From assembly GCA_040390125.1 (NCBI GenBank), contig JAZJYZ010000001.1, positions 668,210 through 732,209 of the forward strand: a stretch of 64,000 nt of DNA. Reading direction: 5' to 3'. This document shows, piece after piece, positions 38,415-47,781 of the stretch (within the stretch, counting starts at the first letter, position 1; each line of letters opens with the position of its first letter). The position numbers were made by a program, and so were the translations under genes. The notes under the pieces were generated by a model that was not told the DNA's origin, did no database searches, and saw only the letters and a list, made by a program, of their open reading frames with translations. Origin of the DNA: Patescibacteria group bacterium. GTDB lineage: Bacteria; Patescibacteriota; Minisyncoccia; Phycocordibacterales; Phycocordibacteraceae.

Positions 38415-40154
38415 ATGCCTGAAGAACTAGAACATAAACGCCACACTCTCGCCCACCTCATGGCATCGGCGATTATGAACCTCTGGCCTGACGCCAAGCG
38501 CACTATTGGTCCTGCCATAGACGACGGCTTCTATTTTGACTTTGAATTTTCAAATCCCCTTTCTGAAAAAGATTTTCCTAGGATTGAGAAAGAGATGCGA
38601 AAGCTTTTACCGAGTTGGAAAGCGTTTGAACGCTCTGAACTTACTCGAGACGAAGCGAAGAAAGAATACCCGGGCAACCCCTACAAGCATGAACTGATAG
38701 ACGAGTTCACTGCGGATGGCTCTAAAGTGAGTTTCTATAAATCCGGCGACTACTCTGATTTATGTCGTGGGGGACATGTGGAAAATCCGAGTACCGATAT
38801 AAAACCTGATTCGTTCAAGCTTGATCGCATTGCGGGAGCCTACTGGCGAGGTGACGAAAAGAATCCCATGCTTACTCGCATCTATGCTCTTGCATTTGAT
38901 ACAAAAGAAGAACTCGATGCGTACTTAGTGCGACGTGAAGAAGCAAAAAAACGAGACCACCGCAAAATTGCACGTGAGCAGGGGCTCCTTGTCTTTTCCG
39001 ATCTCGTTGGTTCGGGAATGCCACTGTTCACCCCGAAAGGAAATATCATCCGCTCTGAGATAATCAATCTTTCACGTGAGCTCAATAATGAACTTGGGTT
39101 TGGCGAGGTACACACGCCAAACATGAACAAGGGCGAGCTATTCAAAATTTCTGGTCACTACGACAAATACAAGGAGGACATGCTCCAAGTGGAGTCTCAG
39201 TATGTCGAAGATGAGATGTTCCTAAAGCCCATGAACTGCCCTCAACATACACAGATTTATGCATCACAGCCAAGGTCCTACCGTGACTTACCTGTCCGCT
39301 TCAGTGACTTTGCCGTCCTCTACCGTGATGAGCGTCCAGGAGAGCTTTCAGGATTAACCCGGCTTCGAGCATTCTCACAAGACGATGGACATATTTTCTG
39401 TAGAGAAGATCAGGTTGAAGAAGAAATATCCAACGTCCTCAATGCCATTCAGAAAATCCTGAAAATCTACAAAATTGATTATTGGATGCGACTCTCGCTC
39501 CGTGATCCGGCAAAGAAAGAAAAATACCTCGGAGGCGACGAAGTGTGGGAAAAATCAGAGCCAATCATGCGAACACTCCTAGAGAAAAAGAATATCGACT
39601 TTAAGGAAGTGGTTGGCGACGCTGCATTTTACGGTCCCAAAATAGACATCATGGCAGTTGATGCCATTGGTCGTGAGTGGCAAATTTCAACCATCCAGCT
39701 CGACTTCAACATGCCAGGACGCTTCGAGCTTGCCTACATGGACAAGGATGGCGTTGAAAAAACTCCCGTCATGATTCACCGAGCACTTATTGGTTCTCCT
39801 GATAGATTCATGGGAGTACTCATTGAGCATTACGCAGGCGCCTTTCCCCTCTGGCTCTCGCCTGTGCAAGTAAAGGTCCTTCCTGTTTCTGAAAAGCATA
39901 ACGACTACGGAAAAAAAGTTCTTGCTGAACTGAAAGCAGCAAACATCCGTGCAGAAATTGATGACGCAAACGAGTCGTTAGGTAAAAAAATACGAAACGC
40001 AAAAAAAGAAAAAACTCCCTATCTGTTTGTGGTGGGAGATAAAGAAGTTGAGGCAGGCACTGTGTCTGTAGAAAACCGCACGGCTTCAGAAGGAGCAATG
40101 GCAACTACTGACATTCTCACTCGTATTTCAAAAGAAATTACTGAACGCTCTTAA
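38415..40154 (+). CDS. thrS: Threonine--tRNA ligase lacking the N-terminal TGS domain
   Basis: Begins in the editing-domain region HTLAHLMASAIMNLWPDAKRTIGPAIDDGFYFDFEF. Class-II motifs, including HRALIGSPDRFMGVLIEHYAG, and an anticodon-binding C-terminus. Confidence 0.9.
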   Translation: MPEELEHKRHTLAHLMASAIMNLWPDAKRTIGPAIDDGFYFDFEFSNPLSEKDFPRIEKEMRKLLPSWKAFERSELTRDEAKKEYPGNPYKHELIDEFTADGSKVSFYKSGDYSDLCRGGHVENPSTDIKPDSFKLDRIAGAYWRGDEKNPMLTRIYALAFDTKEELDAYLVRREEAKKRDHRKIAREQGLLVFSDLVGSGMPLFTPKGNIIRSEIINLSRELNNELGFGEVHTPNMNKGELFKISGHYDKYKEDMLQVESQYVEDEMFLKPMNCPQHTQIYASQPRSYRDLPVRFSDFAVLYRDERPGELSGLTRLRAFSQDDGHIFCREDQVEEEISNVLNAIQKILKIYKIDYWMRLSLRDPAKKEKYLGGDEVWEKSEPIMRTLLEKKNIDFKEVVGDAAFYGPKIDIMAVDAIGREWQISTIQLDFNMPGRFELAYMDKDGVEKTPVMIHRALIGSPDRFMGVLIEHYAGAFPLWLSPVQVKVLPVSEKHNDYGKKVLAELKAANIRAEIDDANESLGKKIRNAKKEKTPYLFVVGDKEVEAGTVSVENRTASEGAMATTDILTRISKEITERS

Positions 40155-40189
40155 TCGACTAATCAGAGTTAACTGCCAAAATCACCCCT

Positions 40190-40216
40190 CATGTAGGACA
40201 TACGATGTCCTACATG
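40190..40216 (+). terminator. Perfect 12-bp hairpin catgtaggacat-acg-atgtcctacatg downstream of thrS
   Basis: Exact stem 36 nt after the thrS stop. No U-tract. Immediately followed by the 24-bp palindrome at 40229. Confidence 0.4.
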
Positions 40217-40228
40217 GTTATCTTCGTT

Positions 40229-40252
40229 TGTGCAACCTCCGGAGGTTGCACA
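40229..40252. repeat. 24-bp palindrome tgtgcaacctccggaggttgcaca (second copy)
   Basis: Identical to 25003-25026. Confidence 0.85.
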
Positions 40253-40450
40253 AACACAAATATTACTTGGGGGAATGAGTCGCAGTTTGCTGCAGAAATG
40301 CTTCTACCACGCCCTTTGGAGCTCGTCGCATCAAGTCCAGGAAGAACTTATACCTACTACCTCCCCTGCCAAGACCCCACCAGACATTTACGAGTTGCTC
40401 TAGGGTTACCGGTTTTAAAGCCTCTCGATGTTCCATATTTTTGATGTATT

Positions 40451-40474
40451 TGTGCTACACCCGGGTGTAGCACA
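40451..40474. repeat. 24-bp palindrome tgtgctacacccgggtgtagcaca (second copy)
   Basis: Identical to 31836-31859. Lies 60 nt past the 3' end of the adhesin gene. Confidence 0.85.
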
Positions 40475-40533
40475 AAATTGGTGGGATTAATCTGCGGGCT
40501 GTCACACCTTCCCTTCTCATACGTTTTAGTTAA

Positions 40534-43500
40534 TTATCCTACCACCTCAAATGCTTGAGCAAGAGCGAGCTTCACACCAGTGAATGGTGAAGCATACACG
40601 GTGTCGAGGGAGTGCGTGAAGATATTCACGAGACTCGCAAGCTGTTCATCCGAAAGGTGTGATGCTGAATCTGCAAGAGTCGTGTCTACTGCAGGACGAT
40701 TGTCTTTACGAGTACGGTACAAGGTGTCGAGTACAGTTGCAGTGGAGGTTAGAAGTGCAGTTGGGCTCACTCCATCGTGTTCGAATGAACGAATGATACC
40801 GAAAGCGACGTCACGATTTCCTAGTGCGACAGCACCTGCGAATGCAGAAGCTCCGGCGGTGTCGATGGTCTTTGTTGGTGTATCTACCGAAATAGGAGCT
40901 GGTTCAGAAGGTGCGAATGCAGATGCAGTTGGAGGAACTATTGGTGTTCCCTTCTCGGTACCAGCAAGATCCGCAAAACGATCAGTGGTGAGCATAACCC
41001 AGCCATTTTCACGAGGTACGGTGCGAACTGCTTCGTTCAAAATGTTACCGAAGATACGGAGTGCCTCAACTCTGTCTGGAGATGCCGAGACTGCAAGCGT
41101 TACTGCTTCTGGCGACATGAGTACGCCAGCTGCGTGTGCACGAGATTCAATGACATCACGAACATCAGGAACTCCGTCTACTGCTGGAGTCTTTGCTTGA
41201 GGAGGAGGAACAACAACAGCAGCAGTAAACGCAGGTACTACAGGAGCCACTGGTGCTCTGTATGCTACAGGTGCTGGGGCAACACTCTCTGTAAATGCAG
41301 GTGCAGTCTGATGCACTGGTATATCAGCATTTGGATATGGAGTTCCATAAAGAGCTTCACGTTGATGTTCATGTACTTCAGCAGGACTTTGATGTTGCGG
41401 AATAAAGCGTCCACCTGCATATCCGAGAATGTAACGAATACCTCCCTTACCTGCCACGAAGTACGCAGCGAAAGCTGAGAGGAGTCCTATGGCAAGCCAG
41501 AAAAGAATAGTGAGCGCAGGTCCTGCATCAAAGCCCGTGTACGGAATTTGTGAGAGCGAAACGAACGCCAATGGTTGGTTAGTGAGTTGTTTGAACATGA
41601 CTACGTTTGGCTGGTCTAACCCGCCACCACAACTCGTTGTACATCCCGAAGGCGGAGTAACAATGACAGTTCGCTGACATGACGCAGTGCCGTTCGGACC
41701 TGTGAATGTTCCTGTGTAGGTCGTATCGCTCGGTGGGAACATATCAATGGAGCCTCCCGCAACCGGACTTACTGAACCAATACCTCCAGTGATAGAACCA
41801 CTCGTGGCGTTAGCACTCGTCCACGACACAGTGACACTCTCTCCGGTTCGTATTGAAGAACGAGAAACTGTAATCGTACATGCAGGCCCTGGTGTCGTTA
41901 CTGTAATAGTAGTCTGGCACGTAGCGGTAGCACCAAACCCACTGGTGACAGTCATGGTGTAAGTAATCGTGTTTGAAATCGAAACTGCAGTAGCGCCAGA
42001 AATTACCGGAGTCACTGCGCCAACGCCATGATCAATGGATGCAGATACAGCATTCGTGGTTGTCCACGAGAGCGCTGAAGCATCTCCCGCATTCACGGAG
42101 GAAGGTGTTGCACTCAAAACACATGCAGGAGTTGCAGGTGGTGTTACGACAATCGTCTGCTGACACGTTACCGTGCCACCAGCGCCCGTTGCGGTAAGAG
42201 CATAGGTTGTTGAAGAAGCTGGTGAGACTGATCGGGAACCGTTTGCAGTAACAGAGCCAATACCTTGAGTTATATTCACAGAGCTCGCATTCGTGGTAGT
42301 CCACGTTAACGTGGAGGATCCACCCGAAGAAATAGTTGAGGGCGTTGCATCAAGAGTACAGGTTGGTGCTGGGTTTGGTGTCACGGTAACACTCACACCA
42401 CAAAGCACTGAGCCGCCAGGACCCGTTGCGGTGAGGCTGTACGTATGTGTGCCGTTGCCAAGAGGTGGAGTGAAATCGAAGGAACCAGAAAGACCTTGAG
42501 GGACTGGAATCGTTGGCGACGCAGTAGTAGGAGTAACAACAACCGCAGTTGCGTTTGTAGTGCTCCAGCTTATTTGATTTTTTGAAAGATCAATAGAGCA
42601 GACAGGCGCAGGAGACACCGTCACGGTAATTATTTTTTGGCACGTCACCGTGCCACCAGGACCCGTTGCGGTAAGAGTGTACGTAGTGGTAACCGTTGGA
42701 TGCACGCTTGCGGAGCCATTAGTAGCTACTGCACCAATTCCTGGAACAATACTTACTGATGTTGCGTACGCAGTCGTCCACGAAAGTGTTGCTGAATTGC
42801 CCGCAGTAATAGTTGAAACCGAAGCGGTCAAACTACACGATGGTGCAGGGTTGCTAGCAACCGTAATAGTTTTCTGACACGTCACCGTGCCACCAGCGCC
42901 CGTTGCGGTGAGGGTGTACGTAGTCGTGACGGAAGGGACGACAATAACTGAACCGTTCGCTAACGATTGCGAGCCCACACCTTGGTCGATAGAGATGGTA
43001 GATACGTTAGCGGTAGTCCACGAAAGTATCGCCGAACCTCCTGGAATAACACCAGAAGATGCAACTACCGTTGAAGGAGACGCATCAAGCGTACAGAAAG
43101 GCGCAGAAGGAGGTGGGTCAATGTGTATCGTACCCATGCAGACTACTGAGCCTCCAGCACCAGTGGCAGTGAGTGTGTACGAATGGACACCCGGTCCCAA
43201 GTCAGGATTGAAATTGAACGAACCATTAAGCCCAGGACTTGGAATGGCAGGAGAACCAGTGGTCGAAACGAGTGTCACAGAGCTTGCATGAATGGTTGTC
43301 CAGGAAATTGCACTTGGTGACAAATCAAGAATACAAACAGGTAATGGCGCAGGAATCACCGTAACACCTTGTGCACACGTAACTGTGCCTCCCGGACCCG
43401 TTGCGGTGAGTGTATACACCGTCGAGGAGTTCGGCGAAACAGAAGTCGAACCGTTTTGCGTAACACTGCCAATACCCTGATTGATGTTTACAGAAGTAAC

Positions 43501-44298
43501 ATTCGTAGTGGTCCAAGAAAGTGTTGACGAACCACCCTCATTGATTGAGGTTGGATTGGCACTCAGCGTACACGTCGGTGCAGGCTCAGGAGTAATAGTA
43601 ACGGTGACAGCACAAAGAACTGATCCACCAGGACCTGTTGCGGTTAAGTTGTATGTGTGAGTACCAGAGCCAAGAGCAGGTACAAAGTTATAAGAACCTG
43701 AAAGTCCGTGCGGAGCCGGAACAACCGGAGAGCCCGCAGTCAAAGTGTTTATAGTGACGGACGTTGCGTTTACGGTGTTCCAAATAAGTCGATCTTTTGA
43801 AAGGTCAGCAGAACATACAGGCATCGGAGATGACTCGACAACGATAGTTTTCTGGCAGGTCACGGTGCCGCTCGGTCCTGAGCCGGTGAGCGTATAAGTT
43901 GTCGTTACAGAAGGCGAAACGCTAGTGGAACCGTTCTTGGCTACAGTACCAACTCCATTATCAATGGAAACAACGGTGACTTTCTTAGTGGTCCATGAGA
44001 GCGTTGCCGACTCACCGGCAGAAATTTGACTTGGTGCACCATCAAGCTTGCATGAGGGCGGCACTCCACCGCCCCCACCGCCTCTGTCTTCCGTATTTTC
44101 ATAAGGACCGTTCTGGTAGCCCCAAAGGAAGAAGTCGACGTAGCCACAACCACCACAACCAACTCCTGCTGCTTCTGCAGTTATAGAAGTCTGATCAAAA
44201 GAAAGATTTGCAACGTCCATTGAAAACCATGCGCCAATCGAAAAAACGGCGATAATCGCTACGATGAGGAGTCCTGATTTTTTTACGATGTTTGTCAT
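40534..44298 (-). CDS. Giant surface adhesin with ~9 tandem Cys-bracketed Ig-like domains, an internal IPYTG sorting signal plus TM segment, and a 300-aa C-terminal domain
   Basis: 1254 aa. Signal/anchor MTNIVKKSGLLIVAIIAVFSIGAW. Repeated ~85-aa units PxC.L.A.PS.I..G.S.TLSWTT.N..SV.I..GIG.V..NGS.SV.P...TTYTLTATGPGGTVTCQ. Residues 918-956 read SQIPYTGFDAGPALTILFWLAIGLLSAFAAYFVAGKGGIRY. Confidence 0.8.
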   Translation of the reverse strand: MTNIVKKSGLLIVAIIAVFSIGAWFSMDVANLSFDQTSITAEAAGVGCGGCGYVDFFLWGYQNGPYENTEDRGGGGGGVPPSCKLDGAPSQISAGESATLSWTTKKVTVVSIDNGVGTVAKNGSTSVSPSVTTTYTLTGSGPSGTVTCQKTIVVESSPMPVCSADLSKDRLIWNTVNATSVTINTLTAGSPVVPAPHGLSGSYNFVPALGSGTHTYNLTATGPGGSVLCAVTVTITPEPAPTCTLSANPTSINEGGSSTLSWTTTNVTSVNINQGIGSVTQNGSTSVSPNSSTVYTLTATGPGGTVTCAQGVTVIPAPLPVCILDLSPSAISWTTIHASSVTLVSTTGSPAIPSPGLNGSFNFNPDLGPGVHSYTLTATGAGGSVVCMGTIHIDPPPSAPFCTLDASPSTVVASSGVIPGGSAILSWTTANVSTISIDQGVGSQSLANGSVIVVPSVTTTYTLTATGAGGTVTCQKTITVASNPAPSCSLTASVSTITAGNSATLSWTTAYATSVSIVPGIGAVATNGSASVHPTVTTTYTLTATGPGGTVTCQKIITVTVSPAPVCSIDLSKNQISWSTTNATAVVVTPTTASPTIPVPQGLSGSFDFTPPLGNGTHTYSLTATGPGGSVLCGVSVTVTPNPAPTCTLDATPSTISSGGSSTLTWTTTNASSVNITQGIGSVTANGSRSVSPASSTTYALTATGAGGTVTCQQTIVVTPPATPACVLSATPSSVNAGDASALSWTTTNAVSASIDHGVGAVTPVISGATAVSISNTITYTMTVTSGFGATATCQTTITVTTPGPACTITVSRSSIRTGESVTVSWTSANATSGSITGGIGSVSPVAGGSIDMFPPSDTTYTGTFTGPNGTASCQRTVIVTPPSGCTTSCGGGLDQPNVVMFKQLTNQPLAFVSLSQIPYTGFDAGPALTILFWLAIGLLSAFAAYFVAGKGGIRYILGYAGGRFIPQHQSPAEVHEHQREALYGTPYPNADIPVHQTAPAFTESVAPAPVAYRAPVAPVVPAFTAAVVVPPPQAKTPAVDGVPDVRDVIESRAHAAGVLMSPEAVTLAVSASPDRVEALRIFGNILNEAVRTVPRENGWVMLTTDRFADLAGTEKGTPIVPPTASAFAPSEPAPISVDTPTKTIDTAGASAFAGAVALGNRDVAFGIIRSFEHDGVSPTALLTSTATVLDTLYRTRKDNRPAVDTTLADSASHLSDEQLASLVNIFTHSLDTVYASPFTGVKLALAQAFEVVG

Positions 44299-44333
44299 GG
44301 TTTTTAGTTAGTATTGAAAATTGATAATTAAAT

Positions 44334-45041
44334 TTATAGCGTTTCGATGGCAATCAAGTCCGCTTTCACTTCATAACGCTTTGTCTTTTGCTTACCAAAT
44401 GAATCGCACGTAACCAGTGTGAGTGTTGGTGCACCAACACCGAGTGCAACTTCCGCATCGCCAGCATCCACATAGTCGATAGAGACAATACGGTAGCGAT
44501 ACGTAGAGTCGCTAGAGTACACAAGCACTTCATCACCTGGCCGAACATTCTGAAGTCCATTGAAAGCTTTAAACGCCTGATTTTTAACAACAGGCAGATA
44601 GCTCTGATGTCCGAAGATGAATACCGTTCCGTCCTCTCCAAGAAGTGCCGAACCTGGATAGCGAACTGCTCCATGAAGAAGTGCCGAATCCAGTGCCTCT
44701 ACTTTTGTAGATGAAGGATTACCAATTGGTGTGTCTATACCCACCTTAGGAATGACAAGACGAACCGGAGCGTTCGCAATCTTTGATACGGCCGCAACTT
44801 GCTTTGCAGACACAGTTTTAACTTCTGCTTCTTCGGCAATCGGCGCCGAAGCCTGAAACGTTACAGTGGATGCTTCTGCGATATTCGAAGTATTTGAGAT
44901 TGCACCCGGTGACTCTGGTACAAAATCAATGGCGAAGAGAACGACTGAAATCGCAAAGAACAATACCAAGAACACCGTCAAAAATTCCCACGGTCTGAGC
45001 GTTGGACGTTCAATATTCGGTAATTTCTTTTTTCCATCCAT
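44334..45041 (-). CDS. Sortase-family transpeptidase
   Basis: N-terminal TM anchor. Catalytic His in FIFGHQSYL, Cys in TLTLVTCDS (TLxTC motif) and a conserved Arg region RYRIVSID. Confidence 0.85.
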   Translation of the reverse strand: MDGKKKLPNIERPTLRPWEFLTVFLVLFFAISVVLFAIDFVPESPGAISNTSNIAEASTVTFQASAPIAEEAEVKTVSAKQVAAVSKIANAPVRLVIPKVGIDTPIGNPSSTKVEALDSALLHGAVRYPGSALLGEDGTVFIFGHQSYLPVVKNQAFKAFNGLQNVRPGDEVLVYSSDSTYRYRIVSIDYVDAGDAEVALGVGAPTLTLVTCDSFGKQKTKRYEVKADLIAIETL

Positions 45042-45147
45042 ACTTCAAAAAACTATTCCGCACCAAACTGATGGAACGTTCTGCGCAGTTTCCGTTTCAT
45101 ATAGTACATCATAGAATATGTTTTGTCAATAGTCATACAATCCACCA

Positions 45148-47586
45148 TTATTTCTTCTTCAAGTCAGCAAACACACCAATTTCAACCTCTTTTTTGATTG
45201 CACGCTGAAGGAAACCGAATATGGTATCAGGAGAACCATCTGTGGTTGTAAACTCCGCCAAGCCTTTTTCTTTACCTCCTGGGGACAACACTTCTCCATA
45301 CAAATGCAGGCGACCACCAAGCTCTCGAATCTCAGCATCATTCAAAATATCCCCAAAGACCGCCTTAAGAGCGATAAATCTCTCCCCTTCTGTCTTCCCA
45401 GCTATAAATGCTTCAGGAATTTTCGACAAAAATACTTTTTCAAGTCGACCTACATCAGCATCGCTAGTCTCTATACCTGGAATAATTCCTCGCCCAATGA
45501 AATTGAGTTGATTGTTGATAATCTCAGTGCGAGTACGTCCAATTTCGGATGTCTCTAATATACCGTTGTGATTCAAGTCAGTGCCCGGAACTAGAATATT
45601 GGGAACTCCGTCTTTTACTAGATCTGTATCAACACCCGTAAGAGGAATCACATCTCCAGGAAAAAGTATTGTTCTGTCATCCATACGATGAGCACCCGTC
45701 AAACGCAAGGTCTCACCATCTCCAGTGATAGCACCCTGGAATTGTGCTTCAGTCGTAATAGTCATCGACTTCCCGTTCACTTCAACGAACGGATGAGAAA
45801 ATTGCCCAGTTTTCAAATCAAGACAAAGATACTCCATCTTGCCAGTGAGGCTACTTGTAAACTTGATGTATACAAATTTACTCTCAATATTTGCTTGATA
45901 GTCTGGACCAAGAACGCCCTCTTTCACTGATGCTAAAACATACTCCTTCGCCTGAAGTGCACTCTCGCCAATGTAATTTATACCTACAAGATTTGAAATA
46001 CGATCCGCTGAACTACATTGATCCAAGCAATCAGCAATAATAGTGCCGCCAGACTGCATCCACCACTGATTTCTATTGACCACAAGTTCAGGTGGACTTG
46101 GAGGTGTCTCGAGCGGAGGAAGAGGTGGAGGAGGGGTTCCAGGAGGCGTAACAATTTTATCTTCGTAGAGTGAAAAATTCCAACAAGATTGCCCACCAGT
46201 AACCTTTCCTTCGGGAACATCAATGACGACATTGTGCAAAAAACCACGTGAATCAGTATAAGGAAACGAAAACTGCTCTGCTTTATACATTGGAGGAGTG
46301 CCACCTCTAAACCCAGGCTCTCTGCTTGCATCAAACACAACTCTATCTGCTCCAGCTCCGAGTACCTGTGGCACACCCTTAACCCTGAAGGCCTGTGCTT
46401 CCCACGCTCTCTTTATAAACTCTACATATTGTGGGTTCTCATTTAAGCCTTGTGCAGTCGCAGCCTTCATAAAGGCATTTCCAGCTTCAGGATTCATGCC
46501 ACCTTTGATAAGCATATTGAGTGCGTCACGTATTGAAGGTTGAGCGAACGCCTCTGCTCGAGTGCGTGCCCATGGTGCATCACCGAAGTGTGTAATAAAT
46601 TGATTTCTTCCTCCAGTTGGAACAAGTTCAGCAGCGGAGGCAGGGCCACCAAGAACGACCCGTGCACCAGTTTCAAGACCGTGCAAGGCATTATTGCCAA
46701 GCTCAGCTAAGCCTGCACGAAACTGCCAGTAACTACCTTCACCGTTGGCAATGCTCTCGGCGACTTTGCTACCCCAAGCGTTAGCAAGGTGGTCGTTAAG
46801 CAATTGATCGGAGAGGTTCGAAGAGAGATGAGCGAGAGAGTCTCCCGCAACCACAAATGTTCCGACAGAAGTCAGAACACCAGCACCCCACCGTGCGGAA
46901 AAGCGCCACAATTTTGAATTACGACGTTCTTTAAGAAGTTTGGCGTTTTCACTGACGAATTGTTCATGAGTCTTTCCTACTGCTTTTGCCTCAACTTCTT
47001 TTTTTGCTATATCAGATGCGACCCTCGAGCTCACAGTGCCAATCAACTCTTTACGCTTGAGAACTTTAGAGATCACGAATCCCGGAATAATTGATGCGAC
47101 AGCCCTGGTTCCACCTCCCACTGCTACAAACCCAACACCCCCTGCAAGACCTACGATTTTGCTTACAAGAAGACTCGTGTGCTTCCCTGCCGCTTTATCT
47201 GCTTCTGCATACAAGAATCTTTCTGCTGCCTCATTGTCAAAAGCCTGAAACAGGAAATTTCGATACACGGAAACCGAAGACCGGTACTGTGCGAGTGCTA
47301 CATCGAAATCGGCTTTGTGTTCAGGGGCAATGCTACGTCCCGTCATTTTACTGAATTTTTGTGGCACTCGATCGAATGCATCTCGAGCCTGCTTCACTCG
47401 AGCGAGAAGCGTCTCACTTATCCTTTTGAATTCTTTAACCGCCTCTTCTTTTTCAATATCGACAGAAGTCTTCTCGCGAAAAGGATTTTTCTTTTTTGCA
47501 AAACTAACCGCACTCTCAAAGCCCGCTCTCAATGAGACTGGAGGTTTGGATGGGTGTCCTTCTAAAGCGGGTGCATCAACAGACAT
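45148..47586 (-). CDS. Large hypothetical membrane protein (812 aa) with Pro-rich segment
   Basis: ATG start. Two predicted TM helices (about aa 140-175 and 235-255). PPGTPPPPLPPLETPPSPPEL tract. No family recognised. Confidence 0.55.
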   Translation of the reverse strand: MSVDAPALEGHPSKPPVSLRAGFESAVSFAKKKNPFREKTSVDIEKEEAVKEFKRISETLLARVKQARDAFDRVPQKFSKMTGRSIAPEHKADFDVALAQYRSSVSVYRNFLFQAFDNEAAERFLYAEADKAAGKHTSLLVSKIVGLAGGVGFVAVGGGTRAVASIIPGFVISKVLKRKELIGTVSSRVASDIAKKEVEAKAVGKTHEQFVSENAKLLKERRNSKLWRFSARWGAGVLTSVGTFVVAGDSLAHLSSNLSDQLLNDHLANAWGSKVAESIANGEGSYWQFRAGLAELGNNALHGLETGARVVLGGPASAAELVPTGGRNQFITHFGDAPWARTRAEAFAQPSIRDALNMLIKGGMNPEAGNAFMKAATAQGLNENPQYVEFIKRAWEAQAFRVKGVPQVLGAGADRVVFDASREPGFRGGTPPMYKAEQFSFPYTDSRGFLHNVVIDVPEGKVTGGQSCWNFSLYEDKIVTPPGTPPPPLPPLETPPSPPELVVNRNQWWMQSGGTIIADCLDQCSSADRISNLVGINYIGESALQAKEYVLASVKEGVLGPDYQANIESKFVYIKFTSSLTGKMEYLCLDLKTGQFSHPFVEVNGKSMTITTEAQFQGAITGDGETLRLTGAHRMDDRTILFPGDVIPLTGVDTDLVKDGVPNILVPGTDLNHNGILETSEIGRTRTEIINNQLNFIGRGIIPGIETSDADVGRLEKVFLSKIPEAFIAGKTEGERFIALKAVFGDILNDAEIRELGGRLHLYGEVLSPGGKEKGLAEFTTTDGSPDTIFGFLQRAIKKEVEIGVFADLKKK

Positions 47587-47781
47587 ATTTAAATTATTTA
47601 TAGAAAATCTTTAGGGAAATATCAATTTCGAATCTGACGAACAGTATCACGCTAAAATGGCTTTGTCAAGCCTCTGTAACGGTACCCTTTCATAGCCGGC
47701 TAACAAGAGTTCTCATTACGAATGAGTTAGAGCTCAAGTGAAAGCTTGACAATAGTAATCTTATATGATATACAGTGTTTT

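Noticed and set aside
42293-43480. Plus-strand ORFs 42293..42499, 42650..42877, 42887..43291 and 43292..43480 with repeated PPGPVAVRVY peptides
   Set aside because: These are antisense shadow ORFs of the tandemly repeated adhesin gene on the minus strand. Their periodicity reflects the DNA repeats, not genes.
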